Below, piece by piece: positions 16,966 to 25,972 of a stretch of DNA of 30,526 nt (the stretch's first letter is position 1; every line of letters starts with the position of its first letter). The DNA lies in assembly GCA_040220235.1 (NCBI GenBank), contig JAVJTO010000153.1. One strand, written 5' to 3'. The DNA is from Coleofasciculus sp. B1-GNL1-01 (GTDB lineage Bacteria > Cyanobacteriota > Cyanobacteriia > Cyanobacteriales > Coleofasciculaceae). The translations under genes were made by a program, and so were the position numbers. The notes beneath the pieces were generated by a model. That model was not told where the DNA came from. It saw only the letters and a program-made list of their open reading frames with translations, and searched no databases.

Positions 16966-19578
16966 ATGACAGAGAACGAACTACTCCAACTCATTGAACA
17001 AGCGGCGCGGGAAGAATGGACAGAACTTGACCTCAGCGACAATAATATCCAAGAACTGCCTGCCGAAATCGGTCAACTCACCGCCCTGCAATCCTTTGAT
17101 CTCAGCGACAATAATATCCAAAAACTGCCTCCTCAAATCGGTCAACTCACCGCTTTACAATCCCTTCAGCTCTGGGATAATAAAATCCAAAAACTGCCTG
17201 CCGAAATCGGTCAACTCACCTCCCTGCAATCCCTTAACCTTCGCGGCAATAAACTCCAAGAACTGCCGCCGGAAATTCAACAACTGCTCAACCTAAAAAC
17301 ACTAGATTTGCGCGGTAATCCACTCCCCATCCCCCCAGAAATTTTAGAAGGAAATAAGTTATTCACAGAACCGGGGGATGTCCAAGAAATCCTGGACTTC
17401 TACTTCCGCATCCAAGACCCCACCGAAACCACCCCCCTCTACGAAGCCAAATTTATCATCGTCGGCGAAGGTGCAGCCGGAAAAACTACCTTAGCCAAGA
17501 AAATCGAAGACGAAACCTACCAACTCCAACCCGATGAAAAATCCACCCAAGGTATTGACGTAATCCAATGGCACTTTCCCCATGCCAACGGACAAGACTT
17601 TCGCGTCAATATCTGGGACTTTGGCGGACAGGAAATCTATCATCAAACCCATCAATTCTTCCTCACAAAACGTTCCCTTTATGCCTTAGTCGCCGATGAC
17701 CGCAAAGAAAACACTGATTTTTACTGGTGGCTAAAAGTCGTCGAACTCCTCAGTGACAATAGCCCCGTTTTAATTATCAAAAATGAAAAACAAGACCGTC
17801 AATGTCCCGTCAACGAACGCCAACTCAGGGGAGAATTCACCAATCTCAAAGATGTTATCCCCGCCAACTTTGCCACCAATCGCGGACTTGATCACATCAA
17901 AGACGCCATTCAACAATATATTACCCATCTCCCCCACGTTGGCACCCCATTACCTAAACTTTGGGTACGAGTTCGTGCAGCCTTAGAAAACGATTCCCGC
18001 AACTATATCACCCAACAAGACTACGACCAAATTTGCCAGCGGAATCAATTAACTGACCGCCAAGATAGGCGGCGTCTCAGTCGCTACTTACATGACCTCG
18101 GCGTCTGCCTCCATTTCCAAGATGACCCCACCCTCAAACACTATATTATTCTCAAACCCGAATGGGGAACCACCGCCGTCTATAATGTCTTAGATAATCC
18201 CACCGTTCAGAACAATCTCGGCTGTTTCACCCAAGACACCCTGGCTGATATTTGGCATGAAGATGAATATAACTCAATGCAGGATGAACTGCTGCAATTA
18301 ATGATCCGGTTCAAACTCTGTTACCCCATCCCCAATCAGACGGATACCTACATCGCCCCCCAACTTTTAGATATCAATCAACCCGACTACGATTGGGATG
18401 AGCAAAACAATCTCATCTTGCGCTATGACTACGACTTTATGCCCAAAGGAATCCTCACCCGCTTCATTGTCGAAACCCACCCCTGGATAGAAAACCAAAC
18501 CCTAGTCTGGCGCAATGGCGTACTCCTCAACAAATATCAAACCCGCGCCGAAATTATCGAATATTACTATCAGCGCCAACTCAAAATCCGGGTATCCGGA
18601 AACCGCAAAAAAGAACTCCTCGCCGTAATTACCCATGAACTGGAAAAAATCCACGCCTCTTATGAACGATTGCGGTATACTACCCTGGTTCCCTGTAACT
18701 GTAGCGAATGCCTCGGCAGTCCTCATCCCTATTCCTATCGCCTGGACAATCTTCGCAAACGCTTAAACGCAGGTCGCTATGAGATTGAATGCGATAATAG
18801 TTATCAAATGGTGGATGTGCGCCGCTTAATTGATGACGTGAACCTCTCCCCCTACCCGCAATACCAAGCTGATAAACTAGGCATAGACTCACCCTTTAAT
18901 AAGGCGACAGATTCCCGATTACAACAGGAACTGAACCAGGAAAGAGAAGCCTCCTTTAGCCATCCCCACCGCCAAACCTCCCCCAAGGATTCCCAGATGA
19001 ATGACGCAAACGCCGCCAACTTCGAGAAAGAAATCTTTATCTCCTATGCCTGGAGAGGGGAAAGCGAGGAATTTGTCAACCGTCTCGATGAGGTGTTTCA
19101 ATCCCAGGGAATCACGATTGTCCGGGATAAGCGAGACTTAGGCTATAAAGGGCTAATCAAGGAATTCATGGAGCGTATTGGACGCGGGAAATGCGTTATT
19201 ATTGTGATTAGCGATCGCTATCTCAAATCCCCTAACTGTATGTATGAACTCGTCCAGATTGCCAACAATGGCGAATTCTACAACAGAATCTTCCCGATTG
19301 TCTTATCTGACGCCACAATTTATGACCCAGTAGATCGCGCTGATTATATCATTCACTGGCAAGAAGAAATCAATAAACTCGAAACCAAAATAAAATTAAT
19401 CGCCTCTTCCGCCAACCTCCCCAGTTTACAACGTTCCATCAACGAATACACCGAAATTCGCGCCACAATCGATGGACTCACCGATACGCTACAAAACATG
19501 AATACCCTCACCCCCGACATTCACAGCGAATCGGGGTTTAATCATCTAATTAACGCGATTCAAGAACAACTATTGTAG
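16966..19578 (+). CDS. Roco-family protein: LRR-Roc GTPase-COR-TIR
   Basis: About 4.5 23-aa LRRs (LDLSDNNIQELPAEIGQLTAL); P-loop GEGAAGKTT, STQGID, WDFGGQ and NEKQD; COR motifs LHDLGVCLHF and FMPKGILTRFIV; a Cys cluster PCNCSEC; C-terminal TIR (IFISYAW...SDRYLKSPNCMYEL). Confidence 0.93.
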   Translation: MTENELLQLIEQAAREEWTELDLSDNNIQELPAEIGQLTALQSFDLSDNNIQKLPPQIGQLTALQSLQLWDNKIQKLPAEIGQLTSLQSLNLRGNKLQELPPEIQQLLNLKTLDLRGNPLPIPPEILEGNKLFTEPGDVQEILDFYFRIQDPTETTPLYEAKFIIVGEGAAGKTTLAKKIEDETYQLQPDEKSTQGIDVIQWHFPHANGQDFRVNIWDFGGQEIYHQTHQFFLTKRSLYALVADDRKENTDFYWWLKVVELLSDNSPVLIIKNEKQDRQCPVNERQLRGEFTNLKDVIPANFATNRGLDHIKDAIQQYITHLPHVGTPLPKLWVRVRAALENDSRNYITQQDYDQICQRNQLTDRQDRRRLSRYLHDLGVCLHFQDDPTLKHYIILKPEWGTTAVYNVLDNPTVQNNLGCFTQDTLADIWHEDEYNSMQDELLQLMIRFKLCYPIPNQTDTYIAPQLLDINQPDYDWDEQNNLILRYDYDFMPKGILTRFIVETHPWIENQTLVWRNGVLLNKYQTRAEIIEYYYQRQLKIRVSGNRKKELLAVITHELEKIHASYERLRYTTLVPCNCSECLGSPHPYSYRLDNLRKRLNAGRYEIECDNSYQMVDVRRLIDDVNLSPYPQYQADKLGIDSPFNKATDSRLQQELNQEREASFSHPHRQTSPKDSQMNDANAANFEKEIFISYAWRGESEEFVNRLDEVFQSQGITIVRDKRDLGYKGLIKEFMERIGRGKCVIIVISDRYLKSPNCMYELVQIANNGEFYNRIFPIVLSDATIYDPVDRADYIIHWQEEINKLETKIKLIASSANLPSLQRSINEYTEIRATIDGLTDTLQNMNTLTPDIHSESGFNHLINAIQEQLL

Positions 19579-19767
19579 GGGCGGGTTTAGGGATACAATG
19601 AATAGGGATACCGATAACTTACCCACAAAACCCGCCCAGATTCAACAGTATTAGGGTTCCGTTACATAAGACTATTGTAGGAGCAGGTTTAGGGATAAAA
19701 TAAATGGGGATACCGATAACTTACCCCCAAAACCCGCCCGGATTCAACAGTATTAAGGTTCCGTTAC
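19569..19767 (+). repeat. Two tandem ~97-bp copies (period 102) of a GTAGGGGCGGGTTT...AAACCCGCCC hairpin unit
   Basis: Copies at 19569-19665 and 19671-19767. The first GTAG contains the Roco stop codon. Confidence 0.9.
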
Positions 19768-19788
19768 TACTATCAGGGGATTCAGCCT

Positions 19789-20736
19789 ATGGGAAGACAG
19801 TACGCCGTCATCGGTACAGGCGCAATTGGAGGCTTTTACGGCGCTTGCTTGCAAAAAGCTGGACTCGATGTCCATTTTCTCCTCCGGCGCGATTATGACT
19901 ATGTAAAAAACCATGGTTTGGCAATTTCGTCAACCTTAGGAGACTTCACCTTACCCCAGGTGAATGCCTATAACCAAGTCGAAAATATGCCCCCTTGTGA
20001 TGTCGTCTTAATCGCCCTCAAAACAACCCAAAATCATCTCCTCCCACACCTGCTTCCGCCTCTGCTTAAACCTGGAACTGTGGTGATTACGTTACAAAAT
20101 GGGTTAGGGGTTGAACCTGAAATTGCTACCATCGCCGGGGAAACTGTTCAGGTATTAGGGGGACTCTGCTTTGTCTGTTCTAATAAAATTGGTTTAGGTC
20201 AAATTCACCATCTCGATTATGGTCAAATCCAGCTAGGTGCTTATGGAAATAACCACCAGCCTCAAGGAATTACCCCAACAATGCGTCAGATGGCGGCTGA
20301 CTTTGAACAAGCCAATATTCCGATTCAGCTTGCTGAGAACTTACTCCTCGCCCGGTGGAAAAAGTTGGTGTGGAATATTCCCTATAATGGTCTATCTGTT
20401 GTCTTAGATGCGACAACGGATGCGATGATGAAGGATAGTCATGGGTATCAGCTATCGGAACAACTGATGCGAGAGGTTGTAGCTGGGGCGGCGGGGTATG
20501 GTTTAGAGATAAAGGAGAGTTTTATTCAAAAGATGCTGGATTATACGATGAAGATGAAACCCTATCGCACCAGTATGAAAATTGACTATGATTGTCATCG
20601 CCCCTTGGAAGTCGAAGCCATGTTTGGTAACCCAATGCGGGCGGCGCAAGCGGTTGGGGTGGCGGTTCCCAAAATAACCATGCTTTATCAGCAATTAAAA
20701 TTCCTAGATGCTAGAAATATCGCGATTGGCGATTAG
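19789..20736 (+). CDS. panE: 2-dehydropantoate 2-reductase (ApbA/PanE family)
   Basis: IGTGAIGG Rossmann motif, IALKT, LQNGLG, WKKLVWN, TSMKID and LEVE. The family is clear but the exact substrate is unproven. Confidence 0.88.
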   Translation: MGRQYAVIGTGAIGGFYGACLQKAGLDVHFLLRRDYDYVKNHGLAISSTLGDFTLPQVNAYNQVENMPPCDVVLIALKTTQNHLLPHLLPPLLKPGTVVITLQNGLGVEPEIATIAGETVQVLGGLCFVCSNKIGLGQIHHLDYGQIQLGAYGNNHQPQGITPTMRQMAADFEQANIPIQLAENLLLARWKKLVWNIPYNGLSVVLDATTDAMMKDSHGYQLSEQLMREVVAGAAGYGLEIKESFIQKMLDYTMKMKPYRTSMKIDYDCHRPLEVEAMFGNPMRAAQAVGVAVPKITMLYQQLKFLDARNIAIGD

Positions 20737-20766
20737 GGATTAAATCCTGACGTGCCATGGTTTATG

Positions 20767-21165
20767 TGTAGGGGCGGGTTTAGGAAAATTCATGTCGCCA
20801 TTGCTAATAACCTTTATGCAAAACCCGCCCTGACTAACTTTTAATTTTTGCCCAAAATTGCGGCGTGACACAGCTAAAATTGTGGAATAGATTTGACGAT
20901 TAAATCGGGCGCAAGCTTTGCGCCCCTACAGTTTCTCTACGTAAGCGGTAAAGCGTTTAGGAAATTTCGTGTTGCCATGGCTGATAACCTTTCTGCAAAA
21001 CCCGATATTTGTAGGGGCGGGTTTAGGAAATTTCATGTTGCCATTGCTGATAACTTTTAGGCAAAACCCGCCCTGACTAACTTTTAATTTTTGCCCAAAA
21101 TTGCGGCGTGACACAGCTAAAATTGTGGAATAGTAAAGCCAGACGTGCCATGGCACGTCTCTACA
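20767..21165. repeat. Repeat cluster: two 124-bp direct repeats, a degenerate middle copy and REP-like palindromes
   Basis: 20767-20890 and 21010-21133 are near-identical (hairpin plus the MITE end GGCGTGACACAGCTAAAATTGTGGAATAG). Palindromes at 20907-20930 and 21141-21165. Confidence 0.9.
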
Positions 21166-21196
21166 CATTCCTCTGTTCCTCCGCCGGATTTCCCAA

Positions 21197-21997
21197 TCAA
21201 TCCAATAAATCGGGTTCCTGTTTAATCATCATCTCATAAAGCGGTTGAAAACTAAACCAACCCAAAGAATGAGAACCCACTTGACTGTGAGTCAACTTCG
21301 CCGTATCTGGATTAATTAACTTAGGTTTACCCACCGCTTCCGCCATCAATTGCGCTTGACAGCATCTATCCATGGCGATGAACCACCAGGCGGCTTCATC
21401 GACAGAATGTCCCACGGTTAATAAACCATGATTACACAGAATAATCGCTTTCTTCTTGCCTAATCTTTCCGCCAGACGTTCACCTTCGTTTGTATTCAAA
21501 ACAACACCTGTATAGTCCTCAAACAGGGCATGATCCTCATAGAAAGCACAAGCATCCTGAGTGATGGGGTCAAGGTGACGTTTCAGCGTTGACCAACTTT
21601 TACCATAGAGAGAATGAGCATGGGCGGCGGCGATAATATCAGGTTGAGCCTGGTGAATTTGGGCGTGAATCGCAAAGGCGGCGGCGTTGACAGGTTTGTC
21701 CCCCTTGACAATTTCACCGTTATGGTTAACTAATATTAAATCAGAAACGCGGATATGACCAAAGTACATGCCAAAGGGATTGACCCAGAAATGATCGGTG
21801 AATTCAGGATCACGCACTGTGATATGTCCAGCAATTCCTTCATCAAACCCGTAGCGGGCAAATAGACGGAAGGCGGCGGCTAAGTGTTGTTGGCGATGCA
21901 GGCGTTCTGCTTCTTTTGAGGTAAAGGTTGGCGGTTGGGGGAGTTGGGTTGATGTTGAGGTTTGAATGGCTAATTGGGGATCAATTGAAGAAACCAT
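21197..21997 (-). CDS. Class II aldolase/adducin-family protein
   Basis: EGIAGHITVRDP, FWVNP, HAHS metal ligands and NHGLLTVG. Confidence 0.92.
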   Translation of the reverse strand: MVSSIDPQLAIQTSTSTQLPQPPTFTSKEAERLHRQQHLAAAFRLFARYGFDEGIAGHITVRDPEFTDHFWVNPFGMYFGHIRVSDLILVNHNGEIVKGDKPVNAAAFAIHAQIHQAQPDIIAAAHAHSLYGKSWSTLKRHLDPITQDACAFYEDHALFEDYTGVVLNTNEGERLAERLGKKKAIILCNHGLLTVGHSVDEAAWWFIAMDRCCQAQLMAEAVGKPKLINPDTAKLTHSQVGSHSLGWFSFQPLYEMMIKQEPDLLD

Positions 21998-22289
21998 AGG
22001 TAGTTAGTAGATTCAGTCGGTAGATAAAAATAGATTTGACTATTTTATCAAGGTTTAACCCACATTCCTGTGGGGGCGCACTGACGTGCGCCCTGATGCT
22101 GAAGTAAAATGGCACTGATATCATGTTTGGTTAAATATCCCTGAATAAAAATTTCTGAAATGATGGCTTTTACAGTATTGCAATTAGGAGCAATTGTGAG
22201 GATATAATATGATTTGAGCGTTTATGGTTGGTGTTTTAACGTTTAGGGCGCTAAAGCGCAACTACAAGCGCAATGACGGTTCATAACAA

Positions 22290-23987
22290 TCAACGATCAA
22301 CGTCCCTATCCTCTGGTAATCTTATCTCTTCTAAGACTTCTAACCCTGCCAAAAATTGCCGATCATTGCTAATATGAGGAAACTTCAATTGAGAATCGGG
22401 AACGCCGCGTTCTAACTGACGCTGACGTAGAATGGCAAAACTACCTGGTGCTAATATCCGTAAGCGGGGCGCGGGGATATAATTATCCGGTCGTTTTACC
22501 GCATAGGATGTATTGGCGTCTTGCAGTTTGCGGTCAAAACTGGCGAGGAAGGCTTGGGGATTGTCTAAACGTTGACCAGGCGCTAACTCAATGTTGACTA
22601 AATAATGGGCGGTGACAAGACTCTCCGAAAGGGTTAGACAAAAATCTTCTAAAGGTACGTCAAATTCCTGTTGTAAGGCTTGCATCACCTGAGTTGCATG
22701 GTGTTCCGTTGTCTTCTCTGCTGTCGCCGACATCGTTCCGCCGCGACGATACCGGAAAACAATCAAGGGCGTTTTATTGTAAAATCCAACAACTTCGATT
22801 ACGTCGCCAATATCGTAGCGATAAAATCCACTATAATTTGTGGTTAAGAGGCGATACTTTTCGCCAACTTTTACCTCCGTCGCCAGTAGGGTTTTGGGAT
22901 GTTCGGCGTCCCATTGATCTTCGGGAACAAATTCAAAAAAGCCGCTTTCAATCGCCAAAACACTCCCATCCGTATCTACATCGGGATAGATACTAAACGT
23001 GGCTTCTGCTGAGGAATAAACCGCCCCAAACACAGGTGTATCGCCAAAATAATCGGGAAAGCGCTGAAAGTAGAAATCCGATGTACCGCCGCGTGCGGTG
23101 GCGACAAAGGATAAATCCGACCAAACTCGTTTCGGCGTTAGGCGTCCCTCTTGGTTTAAAATATCTCGTAGTTCCTGCGCCCGTTCCGGATAAGCAGACC
23201 ATTGATGCTCTAATTGTGACCGAATCCCGGATTCTAAGTCCAGCCAATTGGCGATTGTCCCTTTGTCTAAATCCCGAATTAAATCGTCGGCGTAAGTTTC
23301 CAAATAACTTGCCGTCCGCAGCAGGAGCATGGGAAAATTAGCAATCATCCCCCGCATCGTGCGATCGCGCAGCGCAAAGAGTAAGCAAACGTAATGGCGG
23401 GCTAGGCTATCCCCCGGTTTCAGGGTTTCAAAGGGATGGGCAAACAGTTGTTGGTAGAGAAACTTTCCCATCCGCAGCACACCCACACTGGCATAACCGT
23501 ACCGAATCCCTCCTGGCGTCTGTCCCATGGGTTGCACGGAGTTGGTAATTAAGAGTTTACCAAACTTACGGTTGCGAGTTTTCAGCGCATCAGCCAAGAA
23601 ACCCATACTGGTTAAATTCGCCCCTCTTAGGGAAGTCTGAAACCGCTTGGTAACAGGAATCAGCTTCTTTGAACCCGTCGAACCACTGGTAAGATTAAGA
23701 TAGACAACGGGGTCAGGGGTTAAGATATTCGACTCACCCTGGAAAATGCGTTCCGTGTAGGGTTCATAACTACTATAGGGCAGAACCGGGACGCGATCGC
23801 GAAATTGGTCAATGGTTTTAATCTCCCTCAACCCCCATTCCCGCCCCAATTCAGTGTTCTGATACCGTCGCAACAGCGTCAGCAGAAACCGTTCCTGTAC
23901 CGCCTCCGTCTGATGCGTCTTGTTCACGAAATTGGCTTTAACTCGTCGAGTTAGCGCGGTTAACAGGGGCAGTACATAATTTGACAT
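22290..23987 (-). CDS. GH3-family acyl-adenylate / amido synthetase
   Basis: LTSGSTGSKKLIP (motif I), YSSAEA (motif II), FFEFVP and YRYDIGD (motif III). Confidence 0.9.
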   Translation of the reverse strand: MSNYVLPLLTALTRRVKANFVNKTHQTEAVQERFLLTLLRRYQNTELGREWGLREIKTIDQFRDRVPVLPYSSYEPYTERIFQGESNILTPDPVVYLNLTSGSTGSKKLIPVTKRFQTSLRGANLTSMGFLADALKTRNRKFGKLLITNSVQPMGQTPGGIRYGYASVGVLRMGKFLYQQLFAHPFETLKPGDSLARHYVCLLFALRDRTMRGMIANFPMLLLRTASYLETYADDLIRDLDKGTIANWLDLESGIRSQLEHQWSAYPERAQELRDILNQEGRLTPKRVWSDLSFVATARGGTSDFYFQRFPDYFGDTPVFGAVYSSAEATFSIYPDVDTDGSVLAIESGFFEFVPEDQWDAEHPKTLLATEVKVGEKYRLLTTNYSGFYRYDIGDVIEVVGFYNKTPLIVFRYRRGGTMSATAEKTTEHHATQVMQALQQEFDVPLEDFCLTLSESLVTAHYLVNIELAPGQRLDNPQAFLASFDRKLQDANTSYAVKRPDNYIPAPRLRILAPGSFAILRQRQLERGVPDSQLKFPHISNDRQFLAGLEVLEEIRLPEDRDVDR

Positions 23988-24427
23988 GATATCCTCGTAC
24001 CCGTTGAAATTGAGCGGAAATTTAACGTTTCTCCCTAGCCGAATCAGGTTTTGGCAATTTTTCCAGCATTTTCCGACATTTTATGGTATGGTTGCATTCC
24101 GAGTCGTTACCCAGATTCCTATGCTTGTTTGCCAATGACTGATCAGAAATTCCATTATTTTTGTCACTTGTTGAATAAATTGTCAAGTTTTTTCCCCATT
24201 TTCTCAGATATCGTCCCCACCCCTACTCCTTAGTTTCAGGAGGATTGTTGATTGAGATAGAGTTGAACCCTTGCCAAGATGCGCTTTCTTAAGGTTTTGT
24301 TCCCTAGTTCTCGGTTAAAGTTCCCCCGATAAGTACCTGGCGATAACGTCTGTTCGCTGTCCTCAAAAATGCTAACAACTGTCAAATCCTGACTGTTCTT
24401 TGTCCCCGTTTCCTTGTCGAGTTTGAT

Positions 24428-25372
24428 ATGCGAATGAACCCCTCAATTCTCTCTGTACCGCGTGTCGATATATCCACCCTCACGCCAGAACAATTTAGCC
24501 AACGGTATCAACAAACCGGGACACCTGTGGTGATTACCGGATTGCTGGAGAATGAACCGGATTGGACACTGGAGTATCTTTGTGCAAAAATTGGCGATCG
24601 CGAGTTTATGGTGCGGAATTACGAACAGGCTAAATATGACTCTGGAGAATCTAAACGTTCTCGTGTCGGTAGTGGCGTCGCCTTAGAAACCATGCGATTC
24701 TCGGATTATGCCGAACTTTTACGCTGTGGCGAAGTTCAAGAGAATGATCTTTATCTGGGAAAAGCGCCCCTCAAGACTACCCCACTAACCCAAACCTCTA
24801 CCTGGAAAACCTTGGGCGACAAACTTGGTTTTACTCAACCTGTCACCGACTTTAAAATGTATATGGGTTCAGGAAGCCATCGCTCTGGATTGCATTACGA
24901 TATCCTGGATAATACCCTGATCCAACTGCATGGGGTCAAGAAAATTGTCTTGTTTCCTCCCTCTCAAACCTACAATCTTTATCCCTTTCCTATTCTCGGT
25001 CATTTACGTCATGGGATGAAGTTGCGGTGCTGTTTTAGTCAAGTCTCCTTAGATGATCCCGATTTTGACACCTTTCCTAAGTTCAAGCCAGCCCTAGAAC
25101 ACAAACAAGAGGTCATTCTAGAACGCGGAGAAACGCTTTATTTGCCTGCTGGATGGTGGCATGATGTCAGCGGAATTGATAACACCATGATGTGTTCAGT
25201 CAATCGATTCTGGCGCATTTATCCAGCCAGACGCGCCTTGCTGAATTGGGAACGATGGCGGTCTATACTGGGAGTTTTCTGTGCTATTCCTTATATAGGA
25301 GGCAATTTAATCGCGGCTTTATTTCAGCCTCATCCCCAATCAACAATTCGCCAAATTTTGTACAGAATTTAA
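24428..25372 (+). CDS. JmjC / cupin-like 2-oxoglutarate Fe(II) oxygenase
   Basis: PVVITG, LHYD (HxD), GVKKIVLFPP and GETLYLPAGWWHDV. Confidence 0.9.
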   Translation: MRMNPSILSVPRVDISTLTPEQFSQRYQQTGTPVVITGLLENEPDWTLEYLCAKIGDREFMVRNYEQAKYDSGESKRSRVGSGVALETMRFSDYAELLRCGEVQENDLYLGKAPLKTTPLTQTSTWKTLGDKLGFTQPVTDFKMYMGSGSHRSGLHYDILDNTLIQLHGVKKIVLFPPSQTYNLYPFPILGHLRHGMKLRCCFSQVSLDDPDFDTFPKFKPALEHKQEVILERGETLYLPAGWWHDVSGIDNTMMCSVNRFWRIYPARRALLNWERWRSILGVFCAIPYIGGNLIAALFQPHPQSTIRQILYRI

Positions 25373-25470
25373 AAACAATTAAAAATTAAACTAGCCTTTG
25401 TTTTCTATCTACTCTTAAGGGGTTACTGTTTTTAGCTATATCAGGTGCGTTACGCTGCGCTAACACACCC

Positions 25471-25606
25471 TACTGGCGTGGCACAGCTAAAATTGTGGAA
25501 TAGATTTGGTTCGTAGTGAGGGAACCTCAGCCCTCTCCAGCTAGGCGTTAGAGAACTAAAGTTCTCACTACAAACAAAGTCCTATTTTAGTTGGGTCACG
25601 CCACTA
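25471..25606. mobile_element. 136-bp IS630-type MITE with TA ends and an internal REP-like pair
   Basis: TGGCGTGGCACAGCTAAAAT / ATTTTAGTTGGGTCACGCCA inverted repeats match at 17 of 20 positions. The same end precedes the IS630 fragment at 30223. Confidence 0.8.
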
Positions 25607-25766
25607 CATACATATAGAGCCTTGGCGTAAGTCTTCAAACTGTTCAGCATTTAAACCTTACTGTCAATAATGGCTCTCATCCTTGTAGTGCGAGCATCTT
25701 GCTCGCTACTAATATCCAACTTAAATGCATGACAGTTTATAATTATGCAATCTAAGAATTAAAATT

Positions 25767-25838
25767 ATGCAGACAATGCATATTTATCTAGATTTTGTAT
25801 TTAAATATACGAAACCTCTCTGGCAAGGGTGTGATTCT
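25767..25838 (+). promoter_or_regulatory. nrtP promoter: NtcB (LysR) box, NtcA box and -10 element
   Basis: ATGCAGACAATGCAT (TGCA-N5-TGCA, 25767-25781); GTA-TTTAAATA-TAC (25797-25810); TGnGATTCT with the hexamer 22 nt downstream of the NtcA box. Confidence 0.85.
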
Positions 25839-25972
25839 TGTAGCGGACATCGGGGAACCGTAAACAAATTATTTCGGTTAATTGAGAGCAAGTGACGAAT
25901 TCAATGGATGAAAAAATTGCTCGATTAAATTGAACCCCCATCCTGAAATTTTTACATAAGGTTAAGTAACAG

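Noticed and set aside
13169..19578. Diversity-generating retroelement acting on the repeat proteins
   Set aside because: No reverse transcriptase, and no template/variable repeat pair with adenine-specific mismatches was seen.
19704..21168. Small ORFs 19704-19898 and 20926-21168
   Set aside because: Derived from REP-like repeats (for example CRDVPWHV) or overlapping panE.
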